Shown: positions 9,011-17,105 of the stretch, one piece after another
Layout of the letters: each line of letters begins with the position of its first letter
How positions within the stretch are numbered: the first letter of the stretch is position 1
Source: a virus
Reading direction: 5' to 3' (one strand)
DNA: 64,000 nt
IMG/VR virus record: IMGVR_UViG_3300029791_000191
The notes under the pieces: generated by a model
Told to the model about the DNA's origin: nothing
Seen by the model: the letters and a program-made list of their open reading frames with translations, nothing else
Databases searched by the model: none
Position numbers and translations under genes: made by a program

Positions 9011-9814
9011 ATGATTAAATTAAACGGTGTAGAAATCAAACTTGATAAATATCCGGATGGGACATTCTTATTTAAGAATATCCCACCCATCGGAGGATGG
9101 TGTAGAGATAATATTGAATGGTTCTTTGAATCAATGGAAGAATTAACAGCAGTTGAATATATTACTAGATATTGTTGGGATCATAGAGTAGTGCCTAATT
9201 TATATATGCCTTATATCCCAGATGCACGTATGGATCGAGTCAAGCATGAGAACGAATTATTTACTTTAAAATATTTTGCTCAGACTATTAATTCATTACA
9301 TTTTGGAAAAGTAGAAGTTTTAGATCCGCATTCTGATGTATCTGCCGCATTATTTAATAAAGTACATGTAGAATCCCCGAATCGAATGATTGAGGATGCT
9401 GTTAAGAAGATTGCGAGTAATAACCTTATGATGTTTTATCCGGATGCGGGATCCATGAAGCGATATTCTTCAGCAGTACATCTTCCATATGCTTTCGGTA
9501 TTAAGAATAGAGATTGGGAGACTGGAGAAATTAAAGGTTTAGATTTATCAGGTGAAATTAATCAACTGCCAGGTAAAGATATCCTTATTGTAGATGATAT
9601 CTGCAGCAGAGGTGGTACTTTTTATTATAGTGCTAAGAAACTAAAAGAAACAGGAGTAAATAAGATTTATCTTTATATAACTCATTGTGAGAATACTATT
9701 TATGAAGGAGAACTTCTGAAAAACAATGGACTGATTGAGAAGATTTATACGACAGATACGATTCTAACAAATCTGGAAAGTCCTAAGATTGAACTGGTTG
9801 AAAGGTTTAGATAA
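9011..9814 (+). CDS. Prs-family (ribose-phosphate pyrophosphokinase fold) phosphoribosyl-pyrophosphate enzyme; Prs or Adps-like
   Basis: Matches Prs motifs: MPYIPDARMDR (PYxxYARQDR), VEVLDPHS, FYPDAGSMKRY, PRPP loop ILIVDDICSRGGT; 267 aa. Confidence 0.65.
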   Translation: MIKLNGVEIKLDKYPDGTFLFKNIPPIGGWCRDNIEWFFESMEELTAVEYITRYCWDHRVVPNLYMPYIPDARMDRVKHENELFTLKYFAQTINSLHFGKVEVLDPHSDVSAALFNKVHVESPNRMIEDAVKKIASNNLMMFYPDAGSMKRYSSAVHLPYAFGIKNRDWETGEIKGLDLSGEINQLPGKDILIVDDICSRGGTFYYSAKKLKETGVNKIYLYITHCENTIYEGELLKNNGLIEKIYTTDTILTNLESPKIELVERFR

Positions 9815-10203
9815 TGAATATTGCATATAAAATATTTATATTATTTACAATGATTTTCTGCCACATTGTAGATGATTATTATTTACAAGGATGGTTGGCA
9901 TCTGCAAAACAAAAATCATGGTGGGAAAAGAATGCACCAGGAAAATTATATAAATATGATTATTTAGCAGCGTTGTTTATGCATAGCTTTAGTTGGTCAT
10001 TTATGATTATGTTACCACCAACAATTGCGCTTATGATTATTGGCGGTAAATGGAATCCTTTATTATTGGTTATGAATTTATTGATACATATGTTAGTAGA
10101 TGATATGAAAGCCAATAAAAAGAAAATTAATTTAATTCAAGATCAGATAACTCATATGTTTCAGATTGCTTTTACTTGGGGCTGTTTGATAGGAAAGTTA
10201 TAA
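9814..10203 (+). CDS. small integral membrane protein (129 aa)
   Basis: Several hydrophobic helices; translationally coupled (TAATG) to the upstream gene. Confidence 0.4.
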   Translation: MNIAYKIFILFTMIFCHIVDDYYLQGWLASAKQKSWWEKNAPGKLYKYDYLAALFMHSFSWSFMIMLPPTIALMIIGGKWNPLLLVMNLLIHMLVDDMKANKKKINLIQDQITHMFQIAFTWGCLIGKL

Positions 10204-10216
10204 GGGAGATAAAAAT

Positions 10217-10585
10217 ATGAAACCGATTATTAGTCCTTGGTTGATTTATTCTGCTAGTAGAGCAGATAATTTAACAACATTTTTTGGAATGATCGCAGGA
10301 ATATGCGGAGTTATTGCTATGTGTGCTTTATTTGCTGGATTAACCGGATATAACGAACCATTTAAGTTTAGAAAAACTATTAGCAAATTAATTATCGGAT
10401 GTGTTGTAATGACTATCATTACAATCATGACACCTAATACAGAAACAATATATACGATGGCAGTTGTAAATGAAATCACACCAGATAATATTCAAACAAT
10501 TGGCAAAACTGGTAAAGATGTAGTTGATTATATCACAGATCAGATTGATAAAATTGTAAATGACAAAGAGGAGGATAAAAAATAA
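10217..10585 (+). CDS. small integral membrane protein (122 aa)
   Basis: Hydrophobic segments; RBS GGGAGAT upstream. Confidence 0.4.
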   Translation: MKPIISPWLIYSASRADNLTTFFGMIAGICGVIAMCALFAGLTGYNEPFKFRKTISKLIIGCVVMTIITIMTPNTETIYTMAVVNEITPDNIQTIGKTGKDVVDYITDQIDKIVNDKEEDKK

Positions 10586-12060
10586 TGGATACCTTAGCAA
10601 TTCTGTTAAGCGATACTTACAAACAAGTACACCACAATATGTTTCCGAGAGGATTGACGAAGTTAGTCTCTTATTGGACTCCGAGAAGATCAATGTTAAA
10701 GGAGCAGGATCATATGGTTTTCTTCGGACTGCAGGCTTTTATTAAAGAATATCTTATTACATATTTTAAAAGAGATTTCTTTAAATTAAGCACTGATGAA
10801 GTTCAAGAACTTTATACAATTAGTATGGACATTCAGTTAGGAGAAGGAAATTACGATATTTCTCCAATCCTTAAACTTCACGAATTAGGGTATCTTCCGA
10901 TTCAGATCCGTGCATTACCGGAAGGTACATTAGTGCCTATGGGAGTGCCATGCATTGAAATCACGAATACACATCCAGATTTTGCATGGGTTGTGCAGTG
11001 GATTGAGTGTATTCTGCAGGTTGAGCTTTGGAAGCCGTGTGCTCATGCAACAATTGGACATATGTACAGAGAACTGGCAAATTTCTACTATAAAAAGACC
11101 TGCGACGACATTTTAAGACCTGAAATGGCCTGCTCAGACTTTGGAATGCGTGGAATGTCCTGTATGGAAGAAGCAGAGAGATGCTCCGTTGCTTGGCTAT
11201 TATCCTTTGATAAGACAAGTACGATCCCGGCAATTGATTATTTGGACAAATATTATTTCAATGACTGTAGCGTGAGTCATATTGGAATTGGTGCGATTTC
11301 TACCGAACATGCGGTCATGGCTTCAAATTATGCTGTGGACGGAGACGAAATTACATTTGTGAAAAGACTACTTACAGAATTATATCCGAATGCATCTTTC
11401 AGCATGGTATCTGATACATATGATTACTGGAACATGATTGACAATATTCTTCCAGCTTGCAAAAAAGAAATTATGCAGCACAATGGTAAGCTCTTGGTTC
11501 GTCCGGATTCTGGTGATATGGTAGAGATTTCAGTTAAGACTATCGAAAAACTCTGGAATACATTTGAAGGATCAGTAAATAGCAAAGGTTACAAAGTACT
11601 GGACCCTCATATTGGAATTATCTATGGTGATGGCTGTACTCTTAACAATGTAAAAAAGGTATGGGAAGAACTTGAGAAGAAAGGATTCGCTGCAAACAAC
11701 ATTGTATTTGGAGTTGGGGCTTTTTGTTTCTCGGCAGTTGTAGAACCTGATGGACGTATGGTCGTTGTAACCAGAGATATGTTCGGCATTGCTATGAAAG
11801 CTACATTTGGAGAAGTTAACGGACAACCGATTATGATTTACAAAGATCCAAAGACAGATGTAAGCCATTTAAAGAAATCTCATAAAGGATGTTGTCATGT
11901 ATATTACGATGAAAATGGAGAATTAAGGTGCAGAGATGGATATGACAGCTTTGTTTATGATGGGGCATTAAAAACTGTATTTAAAGACGGTGAAATATAT
12001 CATACAGAAATATTTAAAGAAATCAGAGACAGATTAAACGGAAGAAACAAAGATGAGTAA
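10585..12060 (+). CDS. NAMPT-family phosphoribosyltransferase (NadV / Namat-like)
   Basis: 491 aa; N-terminal LAILLSDTYKQVHHNMFP resembles the NAMPT signature LLATDSYKVTHYKQYP; size and position next to the Prs-like gene. Confidence 0.6.
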   Translation: MDTLAILLSDTYKQVHHNMFPRGLTKLVSYWTPRRSMLKEQDHMVFFGLQAFIKEYLITYFKRDFFKLSTDEVQELYTISMDIQLGEGNYDISPILKLHELGYLPIQIRALPEGTLVPMGVPCIEITNTHPDFAWVVQWIECILQVELWKPCAHATIGHMYRELANFYYKKTCDDILRPEMACSDFGMRGMSCMEEAERCSVAWLLSFDKTSTIPAIDYLDKYYFNDCSVSHIGIGAISTEHAVMASNYAVDGDEITFVKRLLTELYPNASFSMVSDTYDYWNMIDNILPACKKEIMQHNGKLLVRPDSGDMVEISVKTIEKLWNTFEGSVNSKGYKVLDPHIGIIYGDGCTLNNVKKVWEELEKKGFAANNIVFGVGAFCFSAVVEPDGRMVVVTRDMFGIAMKATFGEVNGQPIMIYKDPKTDVSHLKKSHKGCCHVYYDENGELRCRDGYDSFVYDGALKTVFKDGEIYHTEIFKEIRDRLNGRNKDE

Positions 12061-12526
12061 AATTACAGATTATTTATTAAAAGATGATGTGATTGTAGTA
12101 ATGGATGTAGATGGAGTACTTGCTCCGTATGAGTTTTCTGAATTAAGTCATAGTATGACTGACGATGAATGGGACAGACTTGTAGCTTCCGGTGAGAATC
12201 CGTATAAAGATGTGCGTCCGATTAAATTAATGCAAGAGTTTATTCAGAAGAAAGGCGTGGATAAAGTATATACATGTTCAAAGAGTCCTCTAAGTGAAAT
12301 CCCTGGCAAAAAAGCTTTTATCAAAGACAATTACAATCTTCCAGATGATAATATCTATTTCACTTTAGAAAAAACAGAAAAACTTACTGTGCTTCAGACG
12401 TTACAGCAAAAGCTTGGGCTTAAGCCATCTCAGATTGCAATTGTAGAGGATACAGTAAAAACTTTGGATTATATTCGTGCACATAGTGATTTTGTAACCG
12501 TACATGTTTCATCATTTATGGAGTAG
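12053..12526 (+). CDS. HAD-superfamily hydrolase (5'-nucleotidase-like)
   Basis: Motif I VMDVDGVLA (DxDG) near the N-terminus; 157 aa. Confidence 0.45.
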   Translation: MSKITDYLLKDDVIVVMDVDGVLAPYEFSELSHSMTDDEWDRLVASGENPYKDVRPIKLMQEFIQKKGVDKVYTCSKSPLSEIPGKKAFIKDNYNLPDDNIYFTLEKTEKLTVLQTLQQKLGLKPSQIAIVEDTVKTLDYIRAHSDFVTVHVSSFME

Positions 12527-12543
12527 ATATGGAGGTATAAAAA

Positions 12544-12951
12544 ATGAGTAGAACATATTTTACTGATTCCGTTTCAGATCTTTGTCAGGGGATTATTGAT
12601 AAAATAGATACTTATGAAAAACGAATTAAATACCTAGAAAAAGAAAACAAGAAGCTCAAAGATGAGCATTATAAAGATTCTGAAATGCAGAGAATGGAAG
12701 TAGAACTGAAAAAAGCGAAAGAGGATCTGTATAGAGGATTTCCAATTTCAGAAAAAGAACAAGAGAAAATCAGAGAGTGGGAATTAAAACATGATGCTGA
12801 GAAACATGGTCTGAAAACTTCTAAACAGAGAGCAATGGGGCATGGTTGCATAGGCGGCTCTCTTACATGGTGCTTTACACCAACATCAATCGGAACTATT
12901 GGAGAAGTGATTTGCTCCTGTGGCGAGAAGTTTACATTTCAGGATTTATAG
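12544..12951 (+). CDS. hypothetical coiled-coil protein with C-terminal Cys cluster (135 aa)
   Basis: ORF with RBS; CxxC-like spacing at the C-terminus. Confidence 0.4.
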   Translation: MSRTYFTDSVSDLCQGIIDKIDTYEKRIKYLEKENKKLKDEHYKDSEMQRMEVELKKAKEDLYRGFPISEKEQEKIREWELKHDAEKHGLKTSKQRAMGHGCIGGSLTWCFTPTSIGTIGEVICSCGEKFTFQDL

Positions 12952-12961
12952 GAAAAGATTT

Positions 12962-13462
12962 ATGATTAAAATTATTGAAGGTAACATTGTAGATGCACAG
13001 ACCGATTATATAATTCATCAAGTTAATTGCCAAGGAGAAATGAATACTGGAGTCGCTAAAGCATTAAGAGATTATGACGAAGGTATTTATATACATTATA
13101 GAAACGTCTGTAAATTACGTGAGTTTAATCCAGAATTACTTCTTGGAACATATGACGAGTACTTTATCAGAAGGAAAAATCAAGAGATATTGTCCTTATT
13201 TGCACAAGACAAGTATGGATATGATGGAAAACAGTATACTGATGTTAAAGCTTTTCGAGAAGGATTAAATTTTATTCGACAACAAATACCTGTTTATTGG
13301 TTTGATGCTGATAACAGACCTCACAAGACAACCATTGCACTCCCATATAAAATAGGCTGCGGAAGAGGAGGAGCAGACTGGGAAGTGGTTTATAAGATTA
13401 TAGAAGAAGAATTAAGTAGTTTTGAAGTAGAACTGTGGAAATTGGAGGAGCAGAATGTTTAA
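12962..13462 (+). CDS. macro domain protein (ADP-ribose binding or hydrolysing)
   Basis: IIHQVNCQGEMNTGVAKAL matches the macro domain N-terminal glycine-rich motif; about 167 aa. Confidence 0.6.
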   Translation: MIKIIEGNIVDAQTDYIIHQVNCQGEMNTGVAKALRDYDEGIYIHYRNVCKLREFNPELLLGTYDEYFIRRKNQEILSLFAQDKYGYDGKQYTDVKAFREGLNFIRQQIPVYWFDADNRPHKTTIALPYKIGCGRGGADWEVVYKIIEEELSSFEVELWKLEEQNV

Positions 13463-14600
13463 TGTAGAAAAAGCAACAAATGATTGTATTCAGTGGATTA
13501 GAGATTGGAGAGAAGAGAATGGTCCTGGATGTAATCTCATAGTAGGTATTTCCGGTGGCGTTGACTCTTTAGTAGCTGCTGAGCTATGTGTGGAAGCCGT
13601 TGGAGCTGACAAAGTTCTCGGAGTAATCATGCCGAACTATAAACAGGATGATATTGATGTGGCTTATGATATTTGCCAGCATGTATTAAACATTGATTAT
13701 CTTACTATTAATATTGGATCAGCTTATGATGATATTATTGATCAAATTGATGCTGCATTTAATGTAACAGATCAGACATTAATTAATCTCGCTCCTAGAC
13801 TAAGAATGACCACTCTATACGGGGTGTCACAGTCACACAATGGAAGAGTGGTTAATACATGTAACCTCAGTGAGGATTACATTGGATATGCCACTAGATA
13901 TGGAGACGCAGCTGGAGATTTTGCTCCATTGGCACAGTTTACAAAGGGAGAGGTAAAAAGAATCGGGCATTATTTAGGATTGCCTAAAAATTATGTAGAG
14001 AAGACCCCGTCGGATGGTTTATGTGGTAAATCAGACGAAGATAACTTTGGATTCACCTATGCAGTATTAGATAAATACATCCGTACAGGAGTGTGTGACG
14101 ATCCAGAAGTAAAAAGACGGATTGATCGTTTACATGAGAAGAATGAGTTTAAACTGAAACCAATGCAGTATTTTAATTATAAAGAGGAGAAAACAGATAT
14201 GAATATGTCACCAGATGAGATTTTAAAAGCATTTGAAAAAGCAGTAGCGAAAAAAGAAAAAGAGCATACTATTGGAGAAGAGCTTAGAAGCTGTGAGCGC
14301 CAGATTAAAGATGCTTTAGGCATTGATGTATATATTGTACCTAAAAATAAAACTGATAAACAGGTTTGTAAAACACTTTCGAAAGATGATATCACATTTG
14401 TAGGAAGAACAAAAGATATTGCTACAGGAAAAATTAGAACTACTGTAGGATTTAAAGATGGTACACAGACTTCTGTAGTCTTAAATGATTGGGAAGATGA
14501 AGATGATACTGAAAAAGCCATTATGTGGTGTTTGCTTAAGAAGTGTTTCAAATCAAAAAGAAGCTTAGAAAAAGTAATTTATTCAATGGAGGACATGTAA
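13455..14600 (+). CDS. nadE: NH3-dependent NAD+ synthetase (NadE) with about 110-aa C-terminal extension of unknown function
   Basis: PP-loop LIVGISGGVDSLVAA, then NadE-like core; extra C-terminal domain. Confidence 0.7.
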   Translation: MFNVEKATNDCIQWIRDWREENGPGCNLIVGISGGVDSLVAAELCVEAVGADKVLGVIMPNYKQDDIDVAYDICQHVLNIDYLTINIGSAYDDIIDQIDAAFNVTDQTLINLAPRLRMTTLYGVSQSHNGRVVNTCNLSEDYIGYATRYGDAAGDFAPLAQFTKGEVKRIGHYLGLPKNYVEKTPSDGLCGKSDEDNFGFTYAVLDKYIRTGVCDDPEVKRRIDRLHEKNEFKLKPMQYFNYKEEKTDMNMSPDEILKAFEKAVAKKEKEHTIGEELRSCERQIKDALGIDVYIVPKNKTDKQVCKTLSKDDITFVGRTKDIATGKIRTTVGFKDGTQTSVVLNDWEDEDDTEKAIMWCLLKKCFKSKRSLEKVIYSMEDM

Positions 14601-14601
14601 T

Positions 14602-14790
14602 ATGAGATCAAAGAATTCCTGGAACAAAGAGTATGAGACAAAAGTAGATAAAAACGGAAAGAAACATACTAGAATGGTTAAACATGGGATGAAGCAGTCT
14701 AAGAAATCACTTGCTTTTTCTAAACATGTAAATAAAATGAAAACTGATAAACCTAAGTGGAATAAGAAATCTAGTGGCGAGAGCCACTAG
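14602..14790 (+). CDS. small lysine-rich basic protein (62 aa)
   Basis: ORF; highly basic composition. Confidence 0.35.
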   Translation: MRSKNSWNKEYETKVDKNGKKHTRMVKHGMKQSKKSLAFSKHVNKMKTDKPKWNKKSSGESH

Positions 14791-14802
14791 AAAGGAGGGC
14801 TC

Positions 14803-15198
14803 ATGAAAATACGGAAAGGATTTGTTACTAATTCAAGCTCTAGCAGTTTCATTATTTGCTTTGCAAGGATTGCTGACAAAGAAAAAGCTCAGAAGATAAT
14901 TGATCAGTTCAATCTTGATGTATTAGATGTTACTGGTGTAAATGATGAAAGAAACTGGTCTGGTGAGCTTGGTGCTAGTTGGTGCGGAGCGGTCATTTAT
15001 GGGGTTGATGACATTTTAGAAAAGCACCCTGATGGAGAATATATCGTAATTGAGGACAGGAACGATGCTTATTATGATGAATGGGGTGATGCTGTATATG
15101 ATTATGATTTCTCTATGAATGAAGCAATAGATGCTATTACGGAAGTAAATGGATTTGCTGATATAGAAGTTGCTGAAGGAGAAGGGAGAGATGGTTAA
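14803..15198 (+). CDS. hypothetical acidic protein, paralog A (N-terminus MKIRKGFVTNSSSSSFII)
   Basis: RBS AAGGAGGG; shares a conserved N-terminal 18-aa motif with the next gene. Confidence 0.5.
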   Translation: MKIRKGFVTNSSSSSFIICFARIADKEKAQKIIDQFNLDVLDVTGVNDERNWSGELGASWCGAVIYGVDDILEKHPDGEYIVIEDRNDAYYDEWGDAVYDYDFSMNEAIDAITEVNGFADIEVAEGEGRDG

Positions 15199-15581
15199 TG
15201 AAAATAAGAAGAGGATTTGTTACTAATAGTTCGTCTTCAAGTTATATCATTGCAAAAAAGAAAGATGCAACATTAGCAGACATTAAAAATTCACTGTTGA
15301 AAGTAAGAGACAACGCTAAATCTTTTTTGATTGAACAGCATAAATGGATTGATCTTGAGCCGGATGTAGAAGAGTCAATAAGAAAAGAAGATTATGATAA
15401 GGCTGTGGATGCGTTTTTAGAACACACAGCAGATTATTTATACGGTAACTTTAATGATGGAACATTAGGTGATTGGGAAGTTGGATCAGATGAATTCTGG
15501 AGTGAAAACGGGGATCCATATGAAAATTTTATTTTAGATTCTGCATGGCTTATTGGTGATGAAAACTTACAGATTATCTGA
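15198..15581 (+). CDS. hypothetical acidic protein, paralog B (N-terminus MKIRRGFVTNSSSSSYII)
   Basis: Tandem paralog of 14803-15198; TAATG overlap coupling. Confidence 0.5.
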   Translation: MKIRRGFVTNSSSSSYIIAKKKDATLADIKNSLLKVRDNAKSFLIEQHKWIDLEPDVEESIRKEDYDKAVDAFLEHTADYLYGNFNDGTLGDWEVGSDEFWSENGDPYENFILDSAWLIGDENLQII

Positions 15582-15590
15582 GGAGTAAAC

Positions 15591-16109
15591 ATGAAAATAA
15601 AAGCAAAGCAAATAATTGTAGATGGGAGCACATCTTATAAATATTATAAACCTAAATTCTGTTGCAAAGCATTGGAAGAGAATCCTAGGATAGTTATTTC
15701 TAATGAATATCCTGATAACTACTTATGTAGAACTTGTGAAACTATAGAATGCCATGGTTGTGACTATAAAACTGATGAAACTTTTGGAATTTTCTTTTAC
15801 ATAAGCGAAGAAGTCCAAGACTGGGAAGATACATGGCCTGAAGACTATTATTACCCTCTTAAATTCTGTCCATTTTGCGGAGAACCAATTGAAGTTGATG
15901 TCATAGAAACCATTGATAAAACAGAAGAAGCAGAAAAGGTATCTGAGGTTGCAACGAAGCTACGAAAACAGTTATGGACATGTGATAGCAAGAAAAAGTG
16001 TGCAGAGTTAGAAAAAGAGATAAGGAACTTAGACGATATAGTAAATTATTATTATTCAACAGGAGAAATTGATGAAAATAGAGAAAATCAAAAAATTGTT
16101 GAAAAGTGA
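15591..16109 (+). CDS. Cys-rich zinc-ribbon protein (172 aa)
   Basis: CxxC and CPFCG motifs: CRTCETIECHGC and CPFCGEP. Confidence 0.45.
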   Translation: MKIKAKQIIVDGSTSYKYYKPKFCCKALEENPRIVISNEYPDNYLCRTCETIECHGCDYKTDETFGIFFYISEEVQDWEDTWPEDYYYPLKFCPFCGEPIEVDVIETIDKTEEAEKVSEVATKLRKQLWTCDSKKKCAELEKEIRNLDDIVNYYYSTGEIDENRENQKIVEK

Positions 16110-17103
16110 ACACTATGATTTCTTAAGAGCGAACGAGCACCTGGGGAGTAACATAATTCTATTAGGCTTAGGTGGGTCTCATGCTTATGGTACAGATACA
16201 GAAAACTCCGATCTGGATATTAGGGGTTGTGCTTTAAATAAAAGAGAAGAAATCCTGATTCCTACACATAATTTTGATCAGGTAACGGAAGAAACAACAG
16301 ATACAACAATCTATTCTTTTAATAAATTGATAACTCTATTGTCAAACTGCAACCCAAACACAATTGAGCTGATAGGATTGAAGCCAGAACATTATCTTTA
16401 TATTCATCCAATTGGTCAAGAACTTCTTGATAATGCTGAAATGTTTTTATCTAAGAAAGCGATCTATTCTTTTGGAGGCTATGCTACAAGCCAGCTAAGA
16501 AGGCTCGATAATAAATCTGCCAGGAAATTGGGACAAGAAGAAAGAATGCAGCATGTTCTTAATAGTATTATGAATGCTTTTTATACTTTCCCTGAAAAGT
16601 ATTTCAATTTTCCAGAAGATGCAATAAAGCTTTATGTAGATAAAGGTATTCAGGAAGATTATGAAACAGAAGTATTTATGGATATCCAGTTGAAGCATTA
16701 CCCTTTGAATGATTATCAGGGGATGTGGGCCGAAATGAAAAACATTGTTAGGGATTATTCCAAAATTGGGAAGAGAAATAAGCATGCCATAGAACATAAT
16801 AAGTTAGGAAAGCATATGTGCCATTTAGTGAGATTGTATCTTATGTGTTTTGATATTCTTGAAAAAGGCAAAATTATTACATATAGAGAAGATGATCATG
16901 AGCTTCTTATGGCTCTACGTAATGGAGAATATTTGGATGCAAACAGTCAGCCTATCCCAGAATTTTTTGAAATGGTAAACGAGTTAGAGAAAAGACTTGA
17001 GTATGATTCAAAGAATACCTCATTGCCTGATAAACCAAATTATAAAGCTATAGAAGAATTTGTAATGTCTGTCAATGAAAGAATTGTATTAGGAGAGATT
17101 TAA
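16069..17103 (+). CDS. Pol-beta superfamily nucleotidyltransferase
   Basis: GLGGSHAYGTDTENSDLDIRG = GS..G..(n)DxD NTase active-site signature; 344 aa. Confidence 0.55.
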   Translation: MMKIEKIKKLLKSEHYDFLRANEHLGSNIILLGLGGSHAYGTDTENSDLDIRGCALNKREEILIPTHNFDQVTEETTDTTIYSFNKLITLLSNCNPNTIELIGLKPEHYLYIHPIGQELLDNAEMFLSKKAIYSFGGYATSQLRRLDNKSARKLGQEERMQHVLNSIMNAFYTFPEKYFNFPEDAIKLYVDKGIQEDYETEVFMDIQLKHYPLNDYQGMWAEMKNIVRDYSKIGKRNKHAIEHNKLGKHMCHLVRLYLMCFDILEKGKIITYREDDHELLMALRNGEYLDANSQPIPEFFEMVNELEKRLEYDSKNTSLPDKPNYKAIEEFVMSVNERIVLGEI

Positions 17104-17105
17104 GA

